Assembly: GCA_002104905.1 (NCBI GenBank)
Contig: MCFE01000398.1
Coordinates: forward strand, 17,676 to 81,675
Source: Basidiobolus meristosporus CBS 931.73
Taxonomy: Eukaryota; Fungi; Basidiobolomycota
Reading direction: 5' to 3'
Length of the DNA: 64,000 bases
Shown: positions 24,614-38,247 of the stretch, piece by piece
How the letters are laid out: every line of letters starts with the position of its first letter
Position numbering within the stretch: the first letter of the stretch is position 1
Position numbers and translations under genes: made by a program
The notes under the pieces: model-generated
The model's database searches: none
What the model was told of the DNA's origin: nothing
Seen by the model: the letters and a program-made list of their open reading frames with translations, nothing else

Positions 24614-25942
24614 TCACAACCCGGATAAGGTGGTTGGCTCAAGAGGAAAGACCTCGTCCCTTTCTTTGTGATAGATCTTGTTCCACACGGGCTCCAGCTG
24701 CTTTGGAAGCTTCCAGGCGTTCTCGGGATGAAGCCATAGGCGAAGGAGATGACGTCTAGCAAGGGATCGGGTCAGTTTCACTTGGCAAGGGTTCAGCGGG
24801 CAGCCATACTTACTGTTTCTCCTCCGAGTCGGTGAAACCGTCGCGGGCATGGAAGATGGAGAGGTTGTTGATGTACTGAATGTCCCCTTTCTGGAAATCC
24901 ACCCCTAGGTTGTACTTCTCGGCGATGTAGTGAAGGGCGTCCAACGCTTCTGCCTGGGCCTCGGTGATCGGGGGGATGTCGTCACGGCGGGGGTTTTTCC
25001 CGAACCCGGTGAAGCTTCGACGAGCGTATTGGATGATGAGATTGTTCTCGACGTAGTAGAGAAGGGGGCGCTGGTAATAGCCTGGCTCGCCTTCCTTGGC
25101 GAAATCACTAGAGCACACCAAGATCAGTAGGGTTGTCGTGTCGATCGTAGGTAAGCAACTCACTCTTGGAACGCCCAATTGGAAGCCAGGGTTTCAATCA
25201 AATCCGGTCTCTCTCTAGCCAGTTCATTGTAAACAGTCCAACTGGAGGCAATTCTGGATTTCCCTCCTTCAGCCGCGACACCGACCGCGAACAAGGAGAT
25301 AATATCTCCGATGTCTGTGTGGTAAACCTGATGGTCGTTGGTGTATGCTGGGGCAATGATGTCATCAAGCCCTTTCTTGGGCACCAAATCCTTGATGTGT
25401 GCTGCAGAGACATGGTGTGAGCCACTGGTTTCGAATCTCACATTGAACCATCACTTACCGAGCACATGTCTGCCTTGAAGGCCGCGCTTACCGATATGAG
25501 CGGAAGTGCCTGCATAGGCAATCACCTGCTGCTCACGGGAATATTGGTCAGGGTTGATCCCCCTAACCACCAAGAATCCACGTCCATCCACCACCTCGTC
25601 TTCAACCAGTTTCTTGAGTTTGGGACCTAGGTTGGGAAGTGGGAAGGTGTCCTTCTGGATGGCACTCAGCGGTTTTCCGGTGGCCTCGAAATCCTTGACG
25701 GCGTTGTCAATTTCCAAGAGCTCCTCCTCAGTAAGATTGTACACCCACTGCTCCTCTTTGCCTTCATAATCACTCCCCGTCCATAGCTTCGGGCCCTCCA
25801 ACTGTTCAGGGAATCCCTCGGGGAGTTCGCGGGTCAGTTGCTCCTCGGCCAAACGACGCTCGGTGCGCTCCTTCCAGTTCTTGCGATCAGGAAGATAAGT
25901 AATGTTGGGTTGGCTGCTGTTTTTGATTTGGATGGTAGGCAT
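24614..25942 (-). CDS. TauD/TfdA/clavaminate-synthase-like Fe(II)/2-oxoglutarate dioxygenase, 4 exons
   Basis: YHTD (HxD), IFHARDGF (distal His) and RHLLRLWL; introns at about 25459, 25160 and 24810. Confidence 0.88.
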
Positions 25943-26496
25943 GGTAGAAGATGGCCTGAACAAGGCACGCAGTTGCGGCAACTTATAGCCCCATGAGATT
26001 GCTCCATGATGGCATTTAGGCGTTTGTTGGCGTGATGAAGGCTGACTAATTTAAACAATTCAAGCGCATGTTCGAAGATGACAACATACAGGTTCTCTCC
26101 GAGAATGCGAATTCTTCGGAACAATCACCATCCACGAAGGTTCAGGCTAAGGATGAGCCCCCTAATCAGCATCTTGACCTGGAGGCCCATACTACATAGC
26201 GCCATCGAATATCGTCTTTTGGTTGTGGATGGTACAATCAGGGTGGTACCAAGCAGTGTTGTCAACCCATTCTCTCATTTGGTGATTGGCCAATTAAGTG
26301 ACGACTCAGTTTGGTTCGGTTAGACGGGATGTTGTTAGACGGGTTGTTGGGTTGATGGTGATGCATTTCTCAGGGTGTCATCGAGAATGGCGGGATATAT
26401 TGTGCAAGAGCGAAAACTATTTAGACCCGATCCATCTCGAAGTCACTCATCACTCGCTCCGATACCAGCATCTTTCCCCCACCCACACACTCGAAC

Positions 26497-28253
26497 ATGT
26501 CTAGCTCCAACCATGACAAAGCGCAACCCACACAAGTGGACCGACTGGCTCCTTTGGCTGTAGGGGGTAAGAAATACGTGCGGGAACATCGCGACGTCGC
26601 TTGCTAACAGAAAGTGCCTTAGATCAGAAACTGAACCGCCATTTGGGCTACTTCAGCGGAACAATGATGAACGGTAAGAAATTCGACTCATCTCCAAAGC
26701 ACTGGCACTAACAACCTCTAAGTGGGCCAGATTATTGGCACTGGGATTTTCTCTAACCCAGCCCTCATCCTCCAGAACTGTGGTTCGGGTGGCATGATGC
26801 TGATTTTGTGGATTATAGGGGCAATCTTCGCAGCATGCGGGGTATGGTCGTACCTTGAATTGGGCACCATGCTCCCGCGAAGCGGCGGGGAAAAGGAGTA
26901 TTTGGCCTACCAATTCCCCAATCCCAAGCACCTGGTTTCCTTCGTCTTCCTGATCACCATCGGGGTCTTTGGTCGTGGCTCCGGAATTGCCCAAGGAGCC
27001 ACGGTCTTTGGCAACAACATCATCTACGCCATCGGTGGGCCCACATACACTAGCCCGTGGGGAGCCCGAGGCTTTGCCGTATTCTGCGTGACCTTCTGGA
27101 TCATCCTGAACATCATCTCGGCAAAGTGGGCCATCAAGTTTAACAACTTCTTCACCGTGTTGAAGATCGCACTTCTGATCCTGCTGATCGGGGTTGGGTT
27201 CGCCGGGCTTGCCGGTAGCCTCCCTGACCAGCCCAATCTGAGAGAGAACTTCTCGTTCAACAACACCAACACTAACGCTGGCTCGTACGCTAACGCGATC
27301 TACTACGTGATCTTCGCATATGGCGGATGGTACAACCTTAACTACGTCCTGGATGAATTGAAAGACCCCATCAAGAATTTGCCCCGGTGCGCAGTCTCAG
27401 CCCTGTCCCTGACCACCCTTTTGTATCTCTTGGCCAACATCGCCTATCTCGCCGTTCTCCCGATCTCCGTCATCGAGAGCTCCAACCTAACTGTCGCGGC
27501 GAATCTCTTCAACAAGCCTTCGGGGGCATCTTCGGCTCGAAGATTCTACCAGTGTTCGTCGGGCTGTCGTCATTCGGGTTCGTTGGTGTGGTCACTTACT
27601 CTGGTTCTCGGGTGATTCTGGAGGCCGCCCGTCAAGGGTATCTACCGTATGACCGGTTCTTCGCCGCAACCCACTCCAAACTTCATACACCCATCAATTC
27701 CCTGGCCTTGCTGTACGTGATCTCGTTGATCTTCATGCTGGCTCCGCCACCGGGCTCGGTGTTTCAGTTCATCATCGCGTTCGCTGGTTATGGAAGTTAT
27801 TTCTTCGCCGCGCTCTCGGTCATCGGATTGCTACTGTTACGCAGATGGGAGCCACACAACAACCGGCCTATCCGGGTGCCGATCGGTATGTACCTCCACA
27901 GTCCTACTGCATATCCCCATTCACTAAAGCTCCTTATTCTAGTTGCTGCGCTGACCTTCATCCTAGCCTGCTTCTACACGATGGTCTTCGTCTTTATCCC
28001 ACCCACCAAGAAGCCTGCCGACTACCCCTACTACCTTCCCTATCTGCTCTCGATCGTTCTGGGCATACTCTCCATCGGCCTTTGGTACATCAAGATGATC
28101 AAGAACGATGGCCTTGGCAACTCATACAACACTGAGATCCGGGATGCCGGAAGACAAGAACTCTACCAGGATGTCTTCGACGGACAACATGACAACATCA
28201 AGAGAGCAGAAAATGGCACGCATGTGGTGTTTGAGCACACGAACAAGTCCTAA
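26497..28253 (+). CDS. APC/LAT-family amino-acid permease (Mup1-like), with one apparent frameshift at about 27516
   Basis: GQIIGTGIFSNP, ELGTMLPRSGGEKEYL and FAYGGWYNLNYVLDELKDP motifs; multiple TM helices. Confidence 0.85.
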
Positions 28254-28566
28254 CCCCGCCTACCCAATACCCGCCTCGCTCATCATCTGTTCATAGTTTA
28301 CCCACCCTCATCATTGTCTATAGGAGGCCTACATATATCCTGCTGAGTGGTTGCTAAAAATCCGCCCCATCGGCATCACTCCTGAATTCCTATTTCTTTG
28401 ATTAAAGCACGTTTCCAATGAACAAACCGTGTCTATGACATTCTCTATCGCGAACCAACCAGTGGATGTGGTTGGATTACGTATTGGGACCAAGGTTGGG
28501 TGCAGTATGAATTAATATTTATATGTCGAAAGCAGAGAACGGGTTGGTTGCGGCCAAGAACTTCGC

Positions 28567-31020
28567 TCAGTTCAAGGATGCCAAGTATTCTTGGTGAAGT
28601 TTCTTCTGGTTCTCGAACTCCTTGGTCAGCTTCTTGCGACGGCTTTTTGGCAGCTCTTCTCCGTTGATATCATGAGTGGGGAATCCCTAAAAAACGCTCG
28701 ACCAGTTAGCACGGGGCATATCTCGTTTGGAGTCACATGTGCTTACCTCTTCGTCGTATTGACCGAACAATCCCTGGTATTCGCCCTGCTTGAACATCAC
28801 TTCGGGGGCCAACTTACCCTTGGCGAGCTTTTCTTGACGCTTGAGCTCTTGGGCCTTCTGGAGAGCGGCTTTCTTGGCCGCCTTCTCCTGCTCTCTTTGC
28901 TTCTTGAACTCTCTGGCGCGGATGAGTTCCTCGCGGTCCACGAGCTTGACCAAGGCTCTGCCATCCTCTTGGTCGTCAAGGGCAACTCCCAGCTCCACCA
29001 TGTCGTCGTCACGAAGCTTGTCGCTTAGAACCAAGAACTCTGAGTGAGGCTTCTGGTTTCTGGCCATCTCGCGAACGTTGTCACGGAATCTGGATAGGGA
29101 ACGAAGATAAGGCATCACCATTTCTTCGGCGTTAGCAACCCCTTGACCGGAGGAACCGAAGCCGATCAATTGACCGTCATCGGCAAGTCCGAATGACTTC
29201 ATGATACGAGTGATGTACTTGGCGATCTTCTCCACCACTGGCACGTTGATCTTGTTACGGCCGGCAGAAATGTAGATGTTGGTCTTGTTAATAAGATCAA
29301 GCAGCTCTTGGATCGCGTCAGGAGTGTTGATGGAGTCACAGAGAGCGGCGTGAACCTTGCCCTGCTTTTCGCTGAGATAGGCCAGCATGTCTCTTTCGGC
29401 GTCACGGAAACGGTGGGTGCCGTCGGATTCACTGGCGTGAAGGCGATACTCTTGGCTCAGTGCCTTGACATTGGCGAAGAAGTTGTTGAAGCCGGATTCG
29501 ATGCTGACTGCCTCGTTCATGGAGCTGATCTTGTAGTCGATCTTGCTGTCCCACTGATGAAGCAAAAAGAACAGACGGAGCTGCCTGGCGGTGTACTTCT
29601 CAAGGGCCTCGCGAATGGTGATGAAGTTCTTCAAAGACTTGGACATCTTTTGTCCTTCGATGTGCAAATGTCCAGGATGAAGGAAGTAGTTGACCCATTG
29701 CTTGCATCCATGATAGGCCTCGGATTGGGCGAGTTCGTTGTCGTGATGTGGGAAAGCAAGATCAATTCCGCCAGAGTGAATATCCATGCATTGGCCTAAC
29801 ACTTCACTTGCCATTACTGAGCACTCGATGTGCCAGCCAGGACGGCCTTCGCCCCAAGGCGAGTTCCAAGCAGGCTCGCCTCTCTTGGATTTCTTCCAAA
29901 GGGCGAAATCGGAGGGATTCTTTTTGCCGGTGAGTTTTGCTCCGAGCGAGCCTTCACCCTCTTCGGTCAAAGCGGTGTTTCCAGCGGACCATGGCTGGAG
30001 CTTGGCATAGTAGTGCTCATCGTGGCCATCGAAAGCAGCGGTATCAAAGTACACGGAGCCATCAGCCTCGTAACCATAGCCATTGTCGATGATCTTCTGG
30101 ACATACTCGACAATCTCGGGCACGTACTCACTGACTCGAGTCAAAACATCACAGGGCTTCACGTTCAAAGCCTCCATATCCTTCATGTACTCACTTTCCC
30201 AGTGGGCGGCGAGGTCACGGAACACCTTGGGATCGGTGACCGAATCTCCCTTCTCCTTGTCCAACCAAGCAGAGACGACATCTTGCGAGGCATCCAGGAG
30301 CTCGTCCGCCGACTCTTTGGTCTTATCCCCGCCACTCAACGACTGCTTGGCCTTTTGGATGGCGTGGTAGGCACCTTTGATGGAAGTGAAATTCATGGGG
30401 AACTTGGGATCAGCGTCGGTGATTTCTTTAGCAGCAACCTTGGCTTCAAAAGCAGCCCAGTTTTTGGCAACTTCCGCGTCCAGATGACCAAACTTTGAGG
30501 TGGCATACGCTTCCCAGGCGGCTTGGACTTGCTCGATCACTTGCTGCTCCAACTGCTTAACTGAGGCTTTGTAAGTATCAAACAAGTGGTTTTGTCTGGC
30601 ACGAAGGATGATCTTGTCGTCAATATCCGTGATATTCATGACAAAGAGTACATCGAAGTTGAAGTAATCTTCCAAGATTCTTCTCAGAATGTCGATGGTG
30701 AGGTAAGTTCTGGCGTGGCCCATGTGAGAGGCATCATAGACGGTGGGTCCGCAGTTGTACCAAGTCAGGGTTTTTCCCGCCTGTGGGATAAGCTCGACCT
30801 TGCTTTTGGTCAGCGAGTTGTAGAGAGAAAGGACCGGCTGCTCGGGCTTTTGGGGGGTGAGCCACTTTGGGAGTGGTCTACCGGTGGAAGTGGTGGTACT
30901 CATTTTGGATAGCTGAACGTTTAGCCGTAACTGGGTTTTATAGGCCCGAGGTTTGAAGGAATGCAAGCTATAAAGTCGTGGGGAACTTCGCGAAAGGCTG
31001 CGAAATATAATCGAATTCAT
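28567..31020 (-). CDS. CRS1: Cysteinyl-tRNA synthetase, with a putative mitochondrial presequence upstream of a second ATG (30903)
   Basis: WYNCGPTVYDASHMGHAR (HIGH), GRPGWHIECS, HSGGIDLAFPHHDNE and KMSKS; one intron at 28687-28746. Confidence 0.96.
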
Positions 31021-31757
31021 TGAGGCCTCTCTGTTTGAAGTAAGCTTGCTTGGGATTTTCCATTTTTTTTTTAGCCAATAAATTCTGCCAATAATCCAAA
31101 TCACTCAGAGTGCTCCGAGATTTCACCACCACGGCCAGCCTTGATTTCCGCAATTCCGGCAGCGGGTTGAGAGCAGGTTGCTGGTTAGCCTTGACAAAGG
31201 TGCCATGCAGGACGACTAAATATGCGTCACTTCTGCCCGCTAGGGATACAGGTGGATATGCTATGGCGCATAAGCTAATTGGCTTGCCCGTCTTTGTCAG
31301 TAATGCCCGCAGATGATTGACAAGTTCTATCCAATAAATCTTCTAGAAACACCGTTTACTTTGTTAGGCATTAAAATATCAAAGAACGCAGAAACGGTCA
31401 CATTGTGGAAGGATTGTTTGCGAGGTTGCGGTATGTTGATTTCTAGACACCACGGCACCGAGGGTTTCAAGGTATTCCGACCGGCCATCAGCCATAAAGC
31501 CCACCTGTCCAGTGGCCAACGGATAAAAGAATGCCGCATTCATCTCCTCGAATTCCAACCACCGAACCTTAGATTCCATTTCAGGTATATCAACCAATCC
31601 AGATCTGGCACTGATCCATGAATGGTGCAAAGGCAGTTCAAAAGAAGTCCATTCATAACTTCGATTTGGGAGGTTTCATAAAAAACATCCAGTGGCCGGG
31701 CAGCGCAAGATGACATAAATATGCGGGCTGGACGATCGAATTGTGTGATTTTGTGCC

Positions 31758-34700
31758 ATGAAAGTTGACCCATTTAGAAAAGCAAAGTCATTTAGGTTAC
31801 CTTCAGTTTTCTACTGGAAGCCGACCAAGAGACACTGGCAAGCGATCATCAAGGGGATGATTTGCTGTCTCATCACATCCTACATCTATATGATCACCCC
31901 GGTGACCAAGTACTTTGGTGCCCTGGGGTATTTATGTATTGCAATGGTCATCATTACCCCGCCGTTTCTTCCGTTGGGCTCCCACATTGAAAGTTTCTTT
32001 GTGGCAACACTGGGTATGGGATTTGGTTTGGTGATCTCGGCCTTTGGCATGGCCTGCTTCACAGCGGTCAACCGGAACATCGGTGTGCCTAACGGGAGAT
32101 GGCTTTCCTTTTCCTTACTGATGCTCACTGCCTTCTTGTTTGGTTTCGGGAAAGCCAAATACCCAAAGCTGGCCATATTCTGGATCTTGGGTCTTATCCC
32201 CCCTATGTACTTGTTGACCATCCAGGTTGACACGCCGGACTTCAATTTTTTGTTCGCAGCGAAAATCCTCATTTTGCAGATTACCGGGTGCTTGATTACC
32301 CTGATAGTGAACTTCCTCTTCTGGCCAATCAGTTCGACCGCTCTCGTGTGGTAAGCCGGTTCCTTTTTCGTTCTCAACGTATGTCGACTAACATTACCCA
32401 GCAACGCTATGGTTTCGGCACTTGCTCAGTCCCGTGATATCCTCCTGGAGCTCCCTGACGCCCTGAAAACCACCGATTACGACCGAGCAAAGTCCTACAA
32501 TCTAGACAAAAAGCTCAGCAGCATCCAGGGGACCATGTATAAGCTGAGAGACATGTTCCGACAGGCACGATACGAGGTGACCTACGGGCGGTTCGATCCT
32601 CGACAGATAGTCCGTTCGGTCGGTACCTTGGTAAAGTTTCAGCATTATCTTAGGATCCTGTCGAAGTGCGTCTTGGATGCACAGAACATGAGAGAGTGTA
32701 GCGAGCCCCACCACAGTGGAAACATTCATATATATGGAGCACGAAGCTACGAGAGAGCGCCGATGAAGGACAATGCAAAGCTAATGAAACTCAACCTAGA
32801 TATCTTGGCTGAACACACATCCGAGGTATTGCGAGTGGTTGCATGGGCCATCAATCAACTAATAGGAACGTTCGAGGAGTTGAGCGATCAAGGACAGCCG
32901 ATCAAGGCTCTGTCACCAGAGAATCTTCCATATCAAGCAGCACCCGGTGCTACGATATTAGGGGTGCTAGAGGATACATTGAAGAAATACGAGCAGATGC
33001 ATTCCAAAGTCAGCGCAGAGTTGCATAAAGCACCCCACACCAACTGCACGATTGACCCGTTGCTGGTAGCTTCGGCCTATATGTATGCACTTAAGGGGAT
33101 CATTTGCGCGGTAAGACAGGTGGTGGAATCTCAAGAAGAACTAAAGCCGAAGATCTGCAAGCGCAAAAGATTTTGGTGGCCCACGGTGAAGTTTTCGAAA
33201 TGGCTCCGCACTGATTCGCAACAAGAGAGGAAATACGAGGATACAAAGGTAAGGAAATCCCCACTTTCCAATGCGAAACCCCCTTTGATGCTGACCGTGC
33301 TTCCCTTGACAGGCACGTCGTCTAGTGAAGTTGACGAGAGCGAGATGGACGAAGCAGATGTGCTGTCTGTAGCCGACCCGGAAGATTTGGACGAGAATAC
33401 CCCGCCGAAGCGTGAAGGTACTCAGACGGAACAGGTACCAGACCCTATCGCAAGGCCACGCCTGATGTCCAATGCGGTGTCCTCACCTCCAAGACGGAAA
33501 CAGTCGATTGGAACGTATCTGTATCAGGTGCAGAAGGAGAAAGAGAACCAGAGAACATGGAGACTCCTGCTCTGGAAGATTATGCGATGGTGCCAAACTG
33601 ACGAGGTCATCTACGCCTTCAAGTTCACCATTATATTCTGCTGCCTATCGCTTCCGGCATTCTTCGACTCTTCCATGAAGTGGTATTTGGAGGACCATGG
33701 CCAGTGGTCATTGATCACAGCCAACATCGTGTCCAATGTAGCGGTAGGGGCCATGTTCACCGTTGGAATCCAGCGCTTCATTGGGACCATTCTTGGTGGT
33801 CTTTACGGCCTTGCCATATGGGAGATGAGCCGCGCCAACCAATACGCACTTCCAGCATGCTTTACGATCTTCAGCTTACCATTTTGGTATCTCTTTGTGC
33901 ATAACCCAATGAACAAGGTGGGGTCGGTGTCGCTCACCGCCTATGTTGCGATCATATTCAACGAATGGGTGTACCGTTCGGTTGAAAAGAAGTTTTATAT
34001 CGTCGCCTTTGAGAGAATCGCCACGGTGGACGCAGGTATTCTGGTGACCTTCATCGTCCACTCGTTCATTTCCCCCTACATCGCCCGAAGAGAGCTTCGC
34101 ATGGAGCTCGCCCACATCTTTAGCTTGAACATGCACGTCATCTCCGGCCTGTTCAACCTTCACAACGAGGAAGATGAAGATTCGGAACTCCGTATTTCCA
34201 AAGATCTCATGTCCAATCTCACCAAGATGTCTCATGGTTTATTGAAATCAAAGGCTCTCTTCGACCAGTCAGCAGCTGAGCCAAGACTGAGAGGGCCATT
34301 CCAAAGGGATGTGTATGAGGAGCTGATGAGTCGGCTCAAGCATATGCTGGATCTTGCGTTTGTAGTCAAATCTACACTCGCTCGGCTGCCCAAGGAATAC
34401 GTGGAGAGCCATATGCTACCGACCAATGATTATCGTCGGGAGATGGTAAGTTGCATCAGCATGTTGTCGTTTGAATTCTGCGTTGCTAATGTCTGTGTTA
34501 TAGGTGAGTGTGTTGATCCTCAATCTGTACAACCTCTCTGGAGCGTTGCGGACCAAGTCTCCGATGCCAAGATTCCTTCCTTCCATCACCGGAATAAGTG
34601 AAGTGCTATGTGAAATGGTGTTTGAGGACCTAGCAACTGAGCCTGGACATGAATTTGATGTAACTATCTTCTGTGCATATGGATGGGCGCTTTCAGAGTT

Positions 34701-34854
34701 CGCCATTGAGGAGGAGATCGTTATCGAGCTGGTCAAGGGAATTGTCGGAGAGACCGAACTTAACATCAGGCTGGATCCAACCAGAATCCCCCAACGCGCC
34801 AACGCTATGATGTTATTTCAGAACAAGCAACCGCATCAGATGAAGTATGACTGA
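31758..34854 (+). CDS. FUSC/ALMT-like (aromatic acid exporter family) membrane protein, multi-exon
   Basis: N-terminal TM block, plus a C-terminal FUSC_2-like block (WSLITANIVS..GAM..RFIGTILGG); GT-AG introns. Confidence 0.75.
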
Positions 34855-35337
34855 GTGGCAGTCGAAATCGAGATGTAACATACCATAGATGTAGCATTGA
34901 TCCCATTTGTAAATAAATTCTGAAGTAGATTTCTATCCCATACATCATGCAGGAAGACTAGTGTAGCCCCTTTCATGTATCCGTTCAATTCGAAGCTTCC
35001 ATCATCATTGAATACATGATGCGCTGCGAGTGCGAATAGATAGGGTGCGTAACGAATGCCCTACAAATGCCTCACCAATAATACATTGTGTAAGTGGGAC
35101 TAACCGGACGTCAACACCTGGATCCGCTACCTCCCATCCAATCATCCAACAAATAGGCATGATAACAAACTTCAAGCAAGCTTATTTCGCCTACAGCTAT
35201 GCACATCTAATTGATATGCAAATGGGTTAGTTTGGAAATCCTTGACTAACGACCCCGCCACACGTTACTTACACGTTACTTAATTCTCCTTGCTCCCAAG
35301 CCTTATAAACCCTTGATCTCTCTTGACCCAACTCATC

Positions 35338-36018
35338 ATGATTGTGGATAGCCGTTCCTTTACTCCCCCTTGCTCAGACCCGTTGTCGGGGGCAATTCCT
35401 CCTGAGCCCAACGGCAGAGGCAACAAGATTTTCATAGACATCCGGGAAGCACTCTCGACAACCATCCAAACCAGTCCCCCTCACGCCCATGAGCGCGAGG
35501 TACGAGTGATTGTCCACAAGGTCAAGCCGGAGGACACGTTTGCAGGGATCGTCCTATTCTATGACGTTCCCATGGGGCGACTGAAGAAGCTAAATAGACT
35601 ATGGTCCACTGATAGCATTCATCTGAGGAAATTCCTGTACATCCCTCTTGAACTCATCCAGTACCAGCGGATTTATTGCAAGCTGAGAGAGATCCAAACC
35701 CCCGAGCTGATCGACGACGCTTCAAGCATCTCCACCAACTCTACCTGGGGAACCTCATCGCCGAGATCTCCCCTGGTCCCAATGGCTACCGTTCCATACA
35801 GCGAGCTCCAGTTTTTCACCAAAAAGCCTGATGATCACGCAAGCACCCCTGCAGAGCCCAGCGATGATCCACCCTCGCTGGTGGATGCATTTGGGATAAC
35901 GTATTTGGGGAGAGTTGCAGACACACTGCTTCAGGCATCCCATAAAGCCATGGCCGGCCCTAAAAAGGGGGGACTGACGGAAAATTACGAACTACAGAGA
36001 TTGATCCATCCGTTGTAG
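35338..36018 (+). CDS. Intracellular LysM-domain protein
   Basis: HKVKPEDTFAGIVLFYDV....LKKLNRLWSTDSIHLRKFLYIP; no signal peptide. Confidence 0.8.
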   Translation: MIVDSRSFTPPCSDPLSGAIPPEPNGRGNKIFIDIREALSTTIQTSPPHAHEREVRVIVHKVKPEDTFAGIVLFYDVPMGRLKKLNRLWSTDSIHLRKFLYIPLELIQYQRIYCKLREIQTPELIDDASSISTNSTWGTSSPRSPLVPMATVPYSELQFFTKKPDDHASTPAEPSDDPPSLVDAFGITYLGRVADTLLQASHKAMAGPKKGGLTENYELQRLIHPL

Positions 36019-36274
36019 CATCCACCACCTTGGACCAGTTGCCAATCACTTATCTATCTATTTATCACAATAAACCAGCGTTGACCGTATCCACCACCCT
36101 AGACCATCTGCAGCGTTGACCATACTTTTTATTAATACCTCGCTTCTGATCCGCTTCGAAAACCCTGATTAGAAAACGTGGGGGGCAAAGAAATAGATGT
36201 CTTATAATACAATATCATGATGATGAAGGTTCGTGGGAAATTAACAGGTCTGTACAGAGTGGGATCCTTGTCCA

Positions 36275-37129
36275 TTAGAGCCCAAGAGGGTAGGCTTTGT
36301 CAAAGTGTTGGCCTTGGGCCATTATCTCGTAGAATCTTCGAAGCCTCTCGTTTTCGGCCTTCATCTGTTGAAGCTGGGCGGTCAGGTTCATCTGGATCTC
36401 TTTCACCTGCTCCAGATGTTGTACAGCTAAATCAACCAAACGGGTCAGCTGACTACTCCGGTTGGTCTGATCCACTCGGCCATACTTACTTTTGCTTAGG
36501 ATGGCTGCTTTGCTAATCTTCTTGTTGTTACAGTTGGGCAAATGCCGCTTGAGCTCCTCGAAGCCATCCTTGATTTGGGCCCGGCGCTTTTGCTCCGACT
36601 GAATGTGTATCTGGCGTCTGATTTCGGCGCTGTACACGGATGAACTATTTGTGGAATAGCATCAGAATCGGGCTGTTTGGGCGATTGAGTTGGGTGGGTT
36701 TCTTACCTTGTGCCGTCGTCGCCGACCTCCGAGTTGCTCTCGCTTTCCTCAGACTGCGACTGCCTTGACCGCTTACGGCTGGCTGTGACTGAGGCCTGTT
36801 CGTAAGTCTCCCGGTTGTACTCTTGAAACTCAATAGGGAACTGCTCGGCGGGCGTGGGCTCAGAGCAGCTGAGAGTTGGCGAGGTGAATTCGACTGGTAG
36901 GGCAACGGAGCCGTCGTAACTAAAACTCGAAGCATCTAAAATGGACAACATCAAGGTAACATGGATTAATCTCTGGCTAGCACGGGGAATCAAGCTTTGT
37001 GTGTATACCATCAAAGAGCATCGTTGGTGTCAAGTAATCTGGTTTCATCCCAGGGATGGAGGTGACAGGGCTTAAGGAAAAGGGCTGATTGCCAAACTGT
37101 TGCAGCGATACTGTGCCTGGTTGTGACAT
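36275..37129 (-). CDS. bHLH-ZIP transcription factor (Max/Mlx-like), multi-exon
   Basis: HIQSEQKRRAQIKDGFEELKRHLP..KISKAAIL followed by a leucine zipper; start codon inferred. Confidence 0.82.
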
Positions 37130-38247
37130 GGTGAAGGGAGTATCAATCTGTTAATGTCGATGCTTGATAGCGATATCCAATGGTTCTTGGGCAACACACT
37201 GCTGAGAAGAGGATTTTTATAACCAAAAGTCGAGCTGATTATGAATGCCAAAGATCACCAATCACACGCTGTGCTACAACAGTGCCGAAGAATCGCCTTA
37301 TTTGAATGCTAAACTTCGGATTAATTGAGATCTGCAGGTAGCTGCCATCCCGATTCCACTCCCTGTCTAATCATCAAGATTCCCATCCCTCGCCGCGCAT
37401 AATCATTGGCGTAAGCGGGGAAATGGTAGCAGATTTAAGCAGAGCGAACTGAGATCCTATGACCTAACTTAGTGGGCGAATCCAGCATAGAATATTCGGT
37501 TTATACCTATCTACAGTGATCCAGTGATGTAGCAGGTTTCATTGCCAAATGGTCACGGCAGAATGTTCGGAGGGAGGAACGTAGAGTTTGATGTAGGGTG
37601 CCACAAGCTGACCCAAATGTCAACGGGTTCCTGATTTTGCCTGTCACATCATCATCTAGATTGCCAGTAGTAGAGCGCTGGTGTAGATACCATCTCTCAG
37701 AATGGCTATATAAAAGCGCTAAAGAAGAGAAAAAGTCTTTTGTTCCAACCATTCTAGTCCGCTCGAATTCATTGGCTGAACTATGAGGTCATCCAGATGC
37801 TTCAGTCAACAATGTTACGTTGATTTGATTACCTAAGTGAGACAGGGCCAAGCTTAAATTATGAGGTTCGCCGAAGACTCATCGATGGACCTAGAGCATT
37901 ATAAAGTTTGTGGAGGTAAAACCTTTCATTTGGTCACCGCTTAATTTTGACTTGATCACCTCATTCTACAGATTAGGTTAGTCCATTTGTCATCCATCAT
38001 TCATGGTCAGGGTCCGTGTGCTTGATGGTTAAATTTAACCGTTCCTGTTTAAATCTAGGCCAGGTTGAAAACCACCCGAATATGTTTAAGATGAGCCACT
38101 TTAACCAAGATGTGTGATGAAAAAAAAAGATTTAGTCCCGAAAAAAAATATGAAAAAAAAATAACGCAAACTCGTGTTATATGTCCGTTGCTTCATTACG
38201 TTACTTTGCCACCAGCTCAGTTTTCAGCCCAACTATACACATTCAAG

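Noticed and set aside
31021-31104. N-terminal extension of the CysRS ORF in the ORF track
   Set aside because: Begins at a non-ATG codon in AT-rich promoter-like sequence; ATG 31020 is the plausible start
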